Origin: an uncultured Chitinophaga sp.
GTDB taxonomy: Bacteria > Bacteroidota > Bacteroidia > UKL13-3
Direction: 5' to 3'
NCBI GenBank assembly: GCA_964545895.1
Contig: CAZJHS010000002.1
Coordinates: 28,735-92,734 of the forward strand
DNA length: 64,000 bases
Part shown: positions 27,692 through 36,332 of the stretch, piece by piece
Numbering within the stretch: position 1 is the stretch's first letter
Layout of the letters: each line of letters begins with the position of its first letter
Notes under the pieces: model-generated
What the model was told of the DNA's origin: nothing
The model's database searches: none
Seen by the model: only the letters and a program-made list of their open reading frames with translations
Position numbers and translations under genes: made by a program

Positions 27692-29708
27692 TTATACTAT
27701 CATGAAAAAATTATTGAGTTTAATTTTATGCTTTATTGTTATTAAAGGTCATGCACAAGTGCACCCTACAGATAGTGTAATAAAAAATACAACGCTTAAA
27801 GAAGTGCAAATTAATGGTGGCGAAAAAGATAAATCAACCGATGCGTTTAACTTTTACCGCAGCAGCAAAATAAGTTCAACCGAAGATATTTTAGCACGAA
27901 TTGAAGGAGTAAACCTAATAAAGCGTGGGCCATTTGGCATGGAGCCAACCCTGCGTAGTTATAGTGCCGGCCAAATAAATATTACCATAAATGGCATGCG
28001 TATGTATGGCGCTTGCACAGATAAAATGGATCCAATCTCATCATACATTGAGCCGGGTAATTTAAGCACCTTACAAATTTCGCAAGGGGCAGGTTCGGCA
28101 GCAACCGGAAGCACCATTGGTGGTAGCATTAATTTTGAACTTAAAGAGGCCCAAATTAATTGCCACAAAAAAGTTTTGCTCCATGCATACTCGCAATACA
28201 GTAGCGTTAATACTGCCATCAACAATGGCTTTAACCTAAACTTAAGCAGCACTAAATTTGCTACACGCATAAGTACCACATACCGCAACGCGCAAAACTA
28301 TTATGCTGGCAAAAACACCTTGGTAAAATACAGTGGGTACGAAAAATTTAACGTTAATATAAGTGTGGCAGCTAAGCTAAACAGCAACCACACGCTACTT
28401 GCTGATTTGATTATTGACCAAGGTTTTAATATTGGCTATCCGGCTTTGCCTATGGATGTATCAAGCGCGAAGGCAACCATAGCAGCACTAACACACCGAA
28501 CTGGTCTTAAAAGGCATAAAAACAGCCTTATTGAAAGTAAACTTTACTACAATACTGTTACCCATTTTATGGATGATACCAAAAGGCCAGAAACCATTAT
28601 GCACATGGATATGCCGGGTTGGAGTAACACCCTTGGATTTTACAGCAAACTTTATTTAGAGCAAAACAAACACCTCCTACAAGCACGTGTGGATGGACAC
28701 CATGCGTTTACCCAAGCAGAAATGACGATGTATGATATTACAGGAAGTATGTACATGCAAACGCTACCTGGTAACAATTTATCAAACCTAGGAAGTGCAG
28801 TAAACTATCAATATAAGTTAAACAAAAAATACACTATTGGTATAAATACCCGAGTTGATTACTACACACAAGTTGCCCAGAATAAAATTGGAATTTTGCA
28901 ATGGGAAGGTTTTGGCAGCAAAGTAGATAAACCCCTAAACACTTGGCTGAACAGTACTGGCGTATTTTTGCAACGACAAGTAAATAAACTGCACACACAG
29001 CTAACACTTGCGCAGGGCAAGCGATTACCCACATCAAACGAAAGATTAGGCTTGTATTTATTTAACCGCGCTGATGGGTACGATTATATTGGCAAGTATG
29101 ATTTAAAACCTGAGCAAGCTTGGCAAGTTGATTTTAAAAACACTTTGATACTAAAAAAATCAACCCTAAGTGCTACGTTATTTTATCATCATCTTACACA
29201 TTATATTTATGCTAAAGTAATAGATGGCTACTCGGCCATGACTATTGGTGCACGTGGCGTAAAAACATACGAAAATATTGCGTACGCTAATTTAATGGGT
29301 TTTGAAAGTGCTTTAAAAGCTAAGGTAAAAGGCAATATGATTTACCAAGGTAATGCGCGTTATACTTATGGCGTATTGCCCAATGCATTGCCCATGCAAC
29401 AAATTCCGCCACTAAAAATAATGAATACCTTACGCTATCAAACCGATAGTTTTCAGGTACAAATAGAACATCAATTTGCGGCACAACAAAACAGAATTAA
29501 CCCGCAGTTTGGCGAACTAAAAACTTTAAACTGGAATACATTTGCTATACGCGCTGCCTATTTAAAACCACTTAAAAAGGGTTACCTTCAATTGCACCTA
29601 GCTATAGAAAATATTTTTAACACCTATTACCGCGAACACTTGGATTGGGGCAAGATTCCGCAGCCGGGGCGCAATTTCATAGTGGGTTTAAACTACTATT
29701 TAAACTAG
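27678..29708 (+). CDS. TonB-dependent receptor, OprC/NosA-like (candidate copper importer)
   Basis: Plug plus barrel architecture ending in a C-terminal aromatic (...VGLNYYLN). C113-x3-M117 (GACTDKMDP) and H296-x-M298 (VTHFMDD) reproduce the CxxxM...HxM copper site described for OprC, with similar spacing of about 180 residues. The probable true start is ATG 27702 (MKKLLSLIL...), because the track TTG start lies inside the upstream hairpin. Confidence 0.7.
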   Translation: MCAVVYTIMKKLLSLILCFIVIKGHAQVHPTDSVIKNTTLKEVQINGGEKDKSTDAFNFYRSSKISSTEDILARIEGVNLIKRGPFGMEPTLRSYSAGQINITINGMRMYGACTDKMDPISSYIEPGNLSTLQISQGAGSAATGSTIGGSINFELKEAQINCHKKVLLHAYSQYSSVNTAINNGFNLNLSSTKFATRISTTYRNAQNYYAGKNTLVKYSGYEKFNVNISVAAKLNSNHTLLADLIIDQGFNIGYPALPMDVSSAKATIAALTHRTGLKRHKNSLIESKLYYNTVTHFMDDTKRPETIMHMDMPGWSNTLGFYSKLYLEQNKHLLQARVDGHHAFTQAEMTMYDITGSMYMQTLPGNNLSNLGSAVNYQYKLNKKYTIGINTRVDYYTQVAQNKIGILQWEGFGSKVDKPLNTWLNSTGVFLQRQVNKLHTQLTLAQGKRLPTSNERLGLYLFNRADGYDYIGKYDLKPEQAWQVDFKNTLILKKSTLSATLFYHHLTHYIYAKVIDGYSAMTIGARGVKTYENIAYANLMGFESALKAKVKGNMIYQGNARYTYGVLPNALPMQQIPPLKIMNTLRYQTDSFQVQIEHQFAAQQNRINPQFGELKTLNWNTFAIRAAYLKPLKKGYLQLHLAIENIFNTYYREHLDWGKIPQPGRNFIVGLNYYLN

Positions 29709-29804
29709 CTTAGTTGTGTTAAAAATCATGTAAATAATATGATTGCACGCATAATCAAATAAAGGAGGTGTGATGATATTTGTTCTCACAATTCTTAACA
29801 CATT

Positions 29805-30365
29805 ATGAAAAATTTACTAAAAGTTATTACTCCAATTGCGCTACTTTTTTCGGTAGCATGTAGTAACGGAACTTCAGAAAATGCAGCATCAACAGCTAGT
29901 ACAAGTACAGAAACACCAGTAGTTGGTCAATCGGGTGTACAAGATGAAACATCAGACCCTAATGTAGTACAAATTGCTGTAGGCAGTAAAGATCACAGCA
30001 CTTTAGTTACTGCTGTAAAAACAGCAGAATTAGTAGATGTATTGAGTAACGCAGGACCATTTACTGTATTTGCCCCAACAAATGCAGCATTTGAAAAACT
30101 ACCTGCTGGTACCGTAGAAGGTTTGTTACAACCCGACAAACGTGATGCACTAACTGATATTTTACAATATCATGTGTATGTGGGTGTACAAAAACTAGAA
30201 GACCTTACTGATGGCAAAACACTAGGACAGGTTAATGGAGGTAACATTAAAATTACCCTGGTTGATGGAAAGCCAGTAATAAATGGAAAGGCACATATTA
30301 TAGCTTCAATACCTGCTTCAAATGGTATTATACACGTTATTGATGAAGTTTTACTTCCACAATAA
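29805..30365 (+). CDS. Fasciclin (FAS1) domain lipoprotein
   Basis: Lipobox LFSVACSNG. FAS1 blocks GPFTVFAPTNAAFEKLP and NGIIHVIDEVLLP. Confidence 0.85.
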   Translation: MKNLLKVITPIALLFSVACSNGTSENAASTASTSTETPVVGQSGVQDETSDPNVVQIAVGSKDHSTLVTAVKTAELVDVLSNAGPFTVFAPTNAAFEKLPAGTVEGLLQPDKRDALTDILQYHVYVGVQKLEDLTDGKTLGQVNGGNIKITLVDGKPVINGKAHIIASIPASNGIIHVIDEVLLPQ

Positions 30366-30392
30366 CGCACCAAGTTTTTCTTATTAAAATCA

Positions 30393-30425
30393 AAAAAGAG
30401 GCGCTACAATATAGTGCCTCTTTTT
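30393..30425. terminator. Bidirectional terminator between convergent genes
   Basis: AAAAAGAGGC(30393-30402)/GCCTCTTTTT(30416-30425). Confidence 0.65.
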
Positions 30426-31977
30426 ATTTAGCCAGTACCACCTTTTTTGTGCTTACTTGCCCATTGGCTAATTCTACACTCAGCCAATATACTCCGTTGG
30501 CTAGGTGGCTTAAATCTATTGTGTTGGTAAAAAGTTGTTCTTGCATGTAAACTAATTTACCCAGTGCATTGTGTACATGTATTTTATTATTTGATGGTGT
30601 ATGCCTTCTTAGTTCTACTACACCGCTTGTTGGGTTGGGATAAACTTCTAATACATTATTGGTAACTTCTTGTGGTGGCAAACCCGTATACCAACCTTTG
30701 GTGTTGGTGCGGTGCGTGTACTGTGCTGCAAAATATTCTACATTGTTGTTTTGCATCCATACACTGCCTATGCCCGTATAACTGCCATCTTGTAACTGTA
30801 TAGCATAATTAAATTTGGTGGCATCATAATCTTTAGGATAAGCGGTGGACACCACCTGTAAATTACTATCCAATTTTATATACCCATTAGGTACTAAAAA
30901 ACCACCATCTGGGGTTGGCGAAACATAATTTAAATTGTAAGCTAAATGAATATTATTTACACCCTCTTGCATAAGCGTATGCTTGATCATCTGCCCATTG
31001 GTATCTATAACGGCTACCACATTACCTCTAGGTTCTGGAAAATCGGCTATTTTGGTTGCTTCTACATTTAACACAATTTGGTGTACCTTATCTAAGGTAT
31101 TAGAACCCACCCTATGCCCAGCACTTTGATCATCTGTTCTGTAAATTCCTTTAAATGGAAAGGTTTGTTTGACTAAGTTAAATGACGTATCATATATATT
31201 GATGAAATAAATCGTATCTGCTTCGGGGGTGTTATTATAAACCCCAAGCACCATGGTATGCAGGCTATCAATAGCCACTGCCCGTACAAAATAGGTATCA
31301 AACTTATCAGTAATGCTATCGGTAGTTAGGGGTGGGTAAAATTGTTGATGCAAAATAGCTCCTGTGGTATCTACCTCCAACAAATACCCCTTGGTTAGGG
31401 CATACATTTCTCCTGCTTTGCGTGCAAACTCTGCATGAGCTGCAATTACATATGTATTTTTAAAAGGGTTGTAGCTTAGCCCATACCCAACTGATAACCT
31501 ACTTTTAGGATAAGCTTGTTTCCAATACACCTGGCCCGTATAAGGGTTTATTTTCATTAACGCTAAGTTATATAAATTGCGCCAATTGCTAGCTTCGGTA
31601 TACAACAACACCAACACGTTCCCATCTGCAGTTTCCAATGCATCATACACGGCATCTTGGCCTGATCCAAAAGATAACACCCAACTTTTTAATAAAGTAC
31701 CACAGGCATCAGTTACTTCCATTAGCCCATTATAGGTATCCGAATCATGCAGTAAGGCTTGTGTGTATATCCCTCGGTTTAAATAAACAATATTTTTATT
31801 GTGTAGTTCAATTATTTTATCTGCATTGTACGCTGCTACTGTCTTTGCTGTGTTGAGTCTTTCAAATGCACATTGGGCAATAACTGGTTTTTGCAAAAAA
31901 AATAAGACAATAACTCCCACCCACCAAACAAGTGGATAGGAGTTAAACTTTTTTATATAATTAGGTGCAATTAGCAT
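30424..31977 (-). CDS. Secreted protein with T9SS C-terminal sorting domain
   Basis: N-terminal hydrophobic signal. CTD LEVYPNPTSGVVEL...GVYWLSVELANGQVSTKKVVLAK. Confidence 0.75.
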   Translation of the reverse strand: MLIAPNYIKKFNSYPLVWWVGVIVLFFLQKPVIAQCAFERLNTAKTVAAYNADKIIELHNKNIVYLNRGIYTQALLHDSDTYNGLMEVTDACGTLLKSWVLSFGSGQDAVYDALETADGNVLVLLYTEASNWRNLYNLALMKINPYTGQVYWKQAYPKSRLSVGYGLSYNPFKNTYVIAAHAEFARKAGEMYALTKGYLLEVDTTGAILHQQFYPPLTTDSITDKFDTYFVRAVAIDSLHTMVLGVYNNTPEADTIYFINIYDTSFNLVKQTFPFKGIYRTDDQSAGHRVGSNTLDKVHQIVLNVEATKIADFPEPRGNVVAVIDTNGQMIKHTLMQEGVNNIHLAYNLNYVSPTPDGGFLVPNGYIKLDSNLQVVSTAYPKDYDATKFNYAIQLQDGSYTGIGSVWMQNNNVEYFAAQYTHRTNTKGWYTGLPPQEVTNNVLEVYPNPTSGVVELRRHTPSNNKIHVHNALGKLVYMQEQLFTNTIDLSHLANGVYWLSVELANGQVSTKKVVLAK

Positions 31978-32159
31978 TACTTACTTAACAAGTGTTTTAC
32001 CGTGGCTAAATGGTTGCCTTGGCTATCGTAAACATGTACAATATACAAACCATTGGGTAGTGTACCAAAATCTAAAACCCCATCGGTAATTGGTAAGGTT
32101 TTTAACTGCTTGCCTTGCAAGGTGTAAACATGCACATATACAATTCCATCACAACACAA
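31977..32159 (-). pseudogene. Stand-alone T9SS CTD fragment (remnant of a lost cargo gene)
   Basis: The 60-aa ORF consists only of CTD-like beta strands (VYVHVYTLQGKQLKTLPI...LPNGLYIVHVYDSQGNHLATVKHLLSK). An in-frame TAA lies 4 codons upstream of its ATG, and it has no signal peptide. Its TAA overlaps the next gene's ATG (TAATG). Confidence 0.45.
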
Positions 32160-32275
32160 CCAAAATTATTGTATTAGCTCTTAAAGAAATTAGAGAGAAG
32201 AAAAACACTAAAAACAGCGCATAAAAGTTTGCTGCTACATTTTACAATATCCACAAATGCAATCATCACACACTG

Positions 32276-32644
32276 CTAAGGTTGCATTTTTTGTAGCAAT
32301 ATTTTTGAAATACTTGTTGCACGTTGTAATGCCAAGTTGGTGTTTTCGCCACTAAAATGTTCGCCTAATGTTTCTCTAAACAAGTGCATCCAGCGCTCAA
32401 AAGTATCGGTACTTAAATGATGTGCCTCGTTAACATGTTTATGGCTTTCCATAGGATTACCGGCATAATCGCCAGAATACAAAATGGTATTTTCCCAAAA
32501 ATCGTACATGGTAGGCATTAGCTTTGCCATATCATGGTGTACAAAGTAAGCACTAAGCATGTCGTCTTTCATTACCTTAGCATAAAAGGCATCAACTAAA
32601 ACTACAACATCTTCACGAGTTAATATATCTGGTAAAATATCCAT
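32276..32644 (-). CDS. Truncated hemoglobin (group III-like globin)
   Basis: 122 aa with the trHb-like pattern DAFYAKVMKDDMLSAYF...FWENTILYSGDYAGNPMESHKHV...FERWMHLFRETL. Confidence 0.7.
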   Translation of the reverse strand: MDILPDILTREDVVVLVDAFYAKVMKDDMLSAYFVHHDMAKLMPTMYDFWENTILYSGDYAGNPMESHKHVNEAHHLSTDTFERWMHLFRETLGEHFSGENTNLALQRATSISKILLQKMQP

Positions 32645-32680
32645 GGTAACATCAAGTTTATCACAAGTAAAACAATTGGT

Positions 32681-33586
32681 TTATTTACCCCAGTCTCCTT
32701 GCTCTTGTTCTGTCCACAAATTTGGGAAAAACTTTCGTTGTTGAAACTTAGGATGTAAATATTTTTTCCACTCCGAACCACCCGTAGCTTGTTGGTTCTC
32801 GTTTTTGCTATCTAAATAATGTTTAGCAGTGCTTAAATGAACCATCGGCCAAACAACATTATATAAGTGATCAAACTGACGCAACTTATCAACCAATTCG
32901 GCCGATGGGTTTGCAATTTCAGCAATACGATCGGCAATGGTTTTACCCTTAACCTTTTGGGCCAAGGCAATAAATTGTGCTAAGTACTTTTCTTCAAAAA
33001 GCTGAAGGGTAAGTGTTTTCTTTCCCGTTGTACGATTTAAGCCCGCATCTTTCCAATAAATATGATCAAACAATTCCTCCATACTTGGGTTGGCCGATAA
33101 ACGCTCTTTACCTGCTTGATTTACTAAATTTTGTATGGGTGTGCAATAAATTTCAATAAACCTAAACTGCGCACTTTGAAAACCACTTGCAGGTGCTAAT
33201 GTTGCTCTAAACGTATTATAATCATCGTAGTTCATACCATCTTTCATTATATCAAAAGAGTTGGTAAGCATTTGTGTGTACCTAATAATACGAGTAAACT
33301 TGTTCAGCAAAAAATCTTCGGTTAATTGATCTTTGGCTACCACTTGTTTAACCTCATGCAACATCAATTTTAAAAACAACTCGGTTACCTGATGATACAT
33401 GATAAAGATTTCTTCATCGGCAAAATTTGTGCGTGGCTTTTGTAAAGATAGCAGCATATCAACTTCTACATAATCCCAGTATGTAATAGGTTTGGCTTGC
33501 AATAAACCATTTAAATACGTTTCAGGATTTTCGCCCAAACTCGTGTACTTATTGTTAATTTCTTCAATAATATTTTTTTGATTCAT
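32681..33586 (-). CDS. Tryptophan 2,3-dioxygenase-family heme protein
   Basis: YWDYVEVDMLLSLQKP and IMYHQVTELFLKLMLHE (the distal-His HQxxEL block) match the bacterial TDO family. Confidence 0.7.
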   Translation of the reverse strand: MNQKNIIEEINNKYTSLGENPETYLNGLLQAKPITYWDYVEVDMLLSLQKPRTNFADEEIFIMYHQVTELFLKLMLHEVKQVVAKDQLTEDFLLNKFTRIIRYTQMLTNSFDIMKDGMNYDDYNTFRATLAPASGFQSAQFRFIEIYCTPIQNLVNQAGKERLSANPSMEELFDHIYWKDAGLNRTTGKKTLTLQLFEEKYLAQFIALAQKVKGKTIADRIAEIANPSAELVDKLRQFDHLYNVVWPMVHLSTAKHYLDSKNENQQATGGSEWKKYLHPKFQQRKFFPNLWTEQEQGDWGK

Positions 33587-33599
33587 ATTTACTTAACGA

Positions 33600-34367
33600 T
33601 TAGAGATCTTTCTTTTTAAAGTTTTTAAGTGATGCCCAAAATGGAAGGATAGTCCATAAGGTTAGCACTACAAACGAAATAATTATACCCACACTATTGC
33701 CAAAAAACTGGCGAAAAATAGCGCCTGTGTAACCCAATAATGCCGATACATCCATTTGTAATAAAATAAGAATACGGGCAATATCAACCGGGCTAAACAT
33801 ATTAATAATAAGCATGGCTTGCTCAATGGGGTAATCAGAAAACTGAAACAAGAGGAATAATAAAATGCCATCGAAAAGCATGGTAAAAAACAACCACAAC
33901 ATAATTGCTATACCAATTCCTTTTGCTTTATCGCGGGTTAATACTGCACTAAAAAATGCAATAGCTATAAATACCGTGGTAATAAAACAACCCACAGCTA
34001 CCAGCATTAAACCTATATGCAAAGGAGCAAATAATAAAATGGGAATTCCGGCCCCAAGTATAAACGCCATGATTAAGGCAAAGCACAATCCTAAAAATAA
34101 ACTAATCCATATTTTGCTTCGCTTTATGGGCTGACTCACCAACAAATCAATATACTCTGAGCTATTGTAAATGTATATGGTTGAGAAAATAATACTAACC
34201 AAAGGAACGGTGAGTAAAACAATATTTAAAAGCGTTAAAATTCCCTTTGCACTATTGTCTTCGAGGCTAAAAACTGCCCACGAAAAAGCGGCCAATAAAA
34301 CCGCATATGAGAGTACAATTTTATTTTTAATGATGTCGAGCATCACAAACTTTATAATCCTATTCAT
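33600..34367 (-). CDS. nosY: NosY, ABC-2 permease of the NosDFY complex
   Basis: A 6-TM ABC-2-type permease that overlaps nosF by 8 nt. Position in the nos cluster supports the call. Confidence 0.75.
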   Translation of the reverse strand: MNRIIKFVMLDIIKNKIVLSYAVLLAAFSWAVFSLEDNSAKGILTLLNIVLLTVPLVSIIFSTIYIYNSSEYIDLLVSQPIKRSKIWISLFLGLCFALIMAFILGAGIPILLFAPLHIGLMLVAVGCFITTVFIAIAFFSAVLTRDKAKGIGIAIMLWLFFTMLFDGILLFLLFQFSDYPIEQAMLIINMFSPVDIARILILLQMDVSALLGYTGAIFRQFFGNSVGIIISFVVLTLWTILPFWASLKNFKKKDL

Positions 34368-35073
34368 GATAACCCGATTTTAAAACATGAGTAATAGCTT
34401 TAGCTAAATTTGGTTGTTCTGTTTCTTGCTTAATAGCATCAACACTTTTGTGAAAACGAATTTTGCCCTCTTGCATAAAAATAATGTGCGTAACCAAATC
34501 GTCAAGCTCGCTTAATAAGTGAGAGGTGATTAAAATAAGTTTACCCTTTTCTTTCTCCTTAATAATTTTTTCTTTTAATATTTCTGCAGCAATAGGATCT
34601 AACCCAGCGGTTGGTTCATCTAAAATTAACACATCAGGATTAAACAAAAAGGCAATGGTAGCACTAACCTTTTGGGTGGTACCACCAGATAATGTTCTCA
34701 TTTTTTTGTCGAACAGTTTTTCTAACTCATACGCTTTAAGCAACTCATCATCTTGGTTGCCGTTATATTGCCTAATACTTTTAATCATGCTTACCACTTG
34801 CCCAATGGTCATATTATCTGGGTATCTTCCTATTTGAGGCATGTAGCCAATTTGCTTTCTGTAGGCTACATCTTTAGTAACAAGTTGTCCATTAAATGCA
34901 ATAGAACCTGCATCAGGTACAACCATACCAAGTATTGATTTGATAAGCGTTGTTTTGCCACATCCATTTGGACCAATTAAGGCTATGCACTGCCCTTTTT
35001 GGCAGGTTAACGAGAGATTATCTAATACACTTAGCTTGCCAAATTTTTTGGTAAGTTTATCTATTTCTATCAT
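34360..35073 (-). CDS. nosF: NosF, ABC ATPase of the NosDFY complex
   Basis: Walker A GPNGCGKTT, signature LSGGTTQK and Walker B LILDEPTAGLD. Overlaps nosD by 4 nt. Confidence 0.85.
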   Translation of the reverse strand: MIEIDKLTKKFGKLSVLDNLSLTCQKGQCIALIGPNGCGKTTLIKSILGMVVPDAGSIAFNGQLVTKDVAYRKQIGYMPQIGRYPDNMTIGQVVSMIKSIRQYNGNQDDELLKAYELEKLFDKKMRTLSGGTTQKVSATIAFLFNPDVLILDEPTAGLDPIAAEILKEKIIKEKEKGKLILITSHLLSELDDLVTHIIFMQEGKIRFHKSVDAIKQETEQPNLAKAITHVLKSGYHE

Positions 35074-36332
35074 AATTTAATGGCACGCATTAAAGGTTTA
35101 TTGTCAATAAAATTTTCGGGGGTAAGGCTCGGCATAATCTTTTCCGACTCTTCCAATAAACTTATAAAAAAGCTTCTAAACAAAAGCATTACAGGTGGGT
35201 TATTTTCAACAATAACCGAAAATAAACTCAAAGGATGATAAGGCACATCGCCCACATTATCTCTATCAATATCATATCCTTTATACCTATCCCAATAGTT
35301 GCTGTTAAAGGTATTAAGCACTAATGTTCCGTTGGTACTTACATCAAATGTATTGCCTAAAAAGTTGTTGCCCTTAATGGTATTATCCATGCAACTTGCT
35401 TGTATTTTCATACCCCAACCATTATTACTAAATACATTTTTTTCTACTTCAATACGGTTTGTACCTTCCATATAAATACCAGATGTGTTGGCATTAAAAC
35501 GGTTATTAAAAATATAACTGTCTGATATTTCTTTGAGCAATAATCCATAGGCGGCATCACCCCAATTATCAATAAACCAATTGTTAAACATTTTTACATT
35601 GTTGGTAAACATTACAGCCACACCAGCTCCATTATTTTTAAACACATTGCTCATGTAGGCATCGTTGTTTGAAAACATAAAATGTAAACCGTAACGTATG
35701 TTTTGATAAGAAATATTTCGCCAAATAACAGAGCCAGTAACAAACTCAAAGTAAATACCATCGCGGTGTCCGCTAATGTTATTGCCTATAATAAGTAAGC
35801 TATCGCTTTTCCAACAATGAATGCCGTTACCGATTTGTTGCTCTTCAATACCGTATGCCTTTATGCGATTATTTTTTATAATACAATGTCTGCCGTATTG
35901 AATATATATACCAAAAAAATTATTGTCTAAAATATTATCTTCAATGGTTACATGTTCGCTGTCGTATACTTTAATTCCCCCTGGATCGTCAAGCGTAGCG
36001 TAGCCAGAGTTACAAATGGTAAAACCTTTTACGGTTACTCCACTAGCTTTAACAGATAAAATTTCAAACTTTTTTTGCCCATCTAAAACAGGATGATTAA
36101 TACCAATAAACACAATTGATTTATCAATAATCAAATTCCCTTCTTTGTACACACCTTCGTGTACCATAACGGTATCAAAAGGCTTTACTACAGCAAGCGC
36201 TTGCTTAATGGTGGTGTAAGTATACTTACTACCCACTTTAAGCACACGAGCTGTAACTTGCGTATTGGTGATACAAGCAAGTAAAATACCTATACATAAA
36301 ACACGGTAAATACCGTTAAAATTTATTGCCAT
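35070..36332 (-). CDS. nosD: NosD, periplasmic beta-helix copper-maturation protein
   Basis: Signal peptide and tandem parallel-beta-helix repeats (NNRIKAYG...GNGIHCWKSD...GNNISGHRDGIYFEF...). Located between the NosL domain gene and nosF. Confidence 0.85.
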   Translation of the reverse strand: MAINFNGIYRVLCIGILLACITNTQVTARVLKVGSKYTYTTIKQALAVVKPFDTVMVHEGVYKEGNLIIDKSIVFIGINHPVLDGQKKFEILSVKASGVTVKGFTICNSGYATLDDPGGIKVYDSEHVTIEDNILDNNFFGIYIQYGRHCIIKNNRIKAYGIEEQQIGNGIHCWKSDSLLIIGNNISGHRDGIYFEFVTGSVIWRNISYQNIRYGLHFMFSNNDAYMSNVFKNNGAGVAVMFTNNVKMFNNWFIDNWGDAAYGLLLKEISDSYIFNNRFNANTSGIYMEGTNRIEVEKNVFSNNGWGMKIQASCMDNTIKGNNFLGNTFDVSTNGTLVLNTFNSNYWDRYKGYDIDRDNVGDVPYHPLSLFSVIVENNPPVMLLFRSFFISLLEESEKIMPSLTPENFIDNKPLMRAIKL

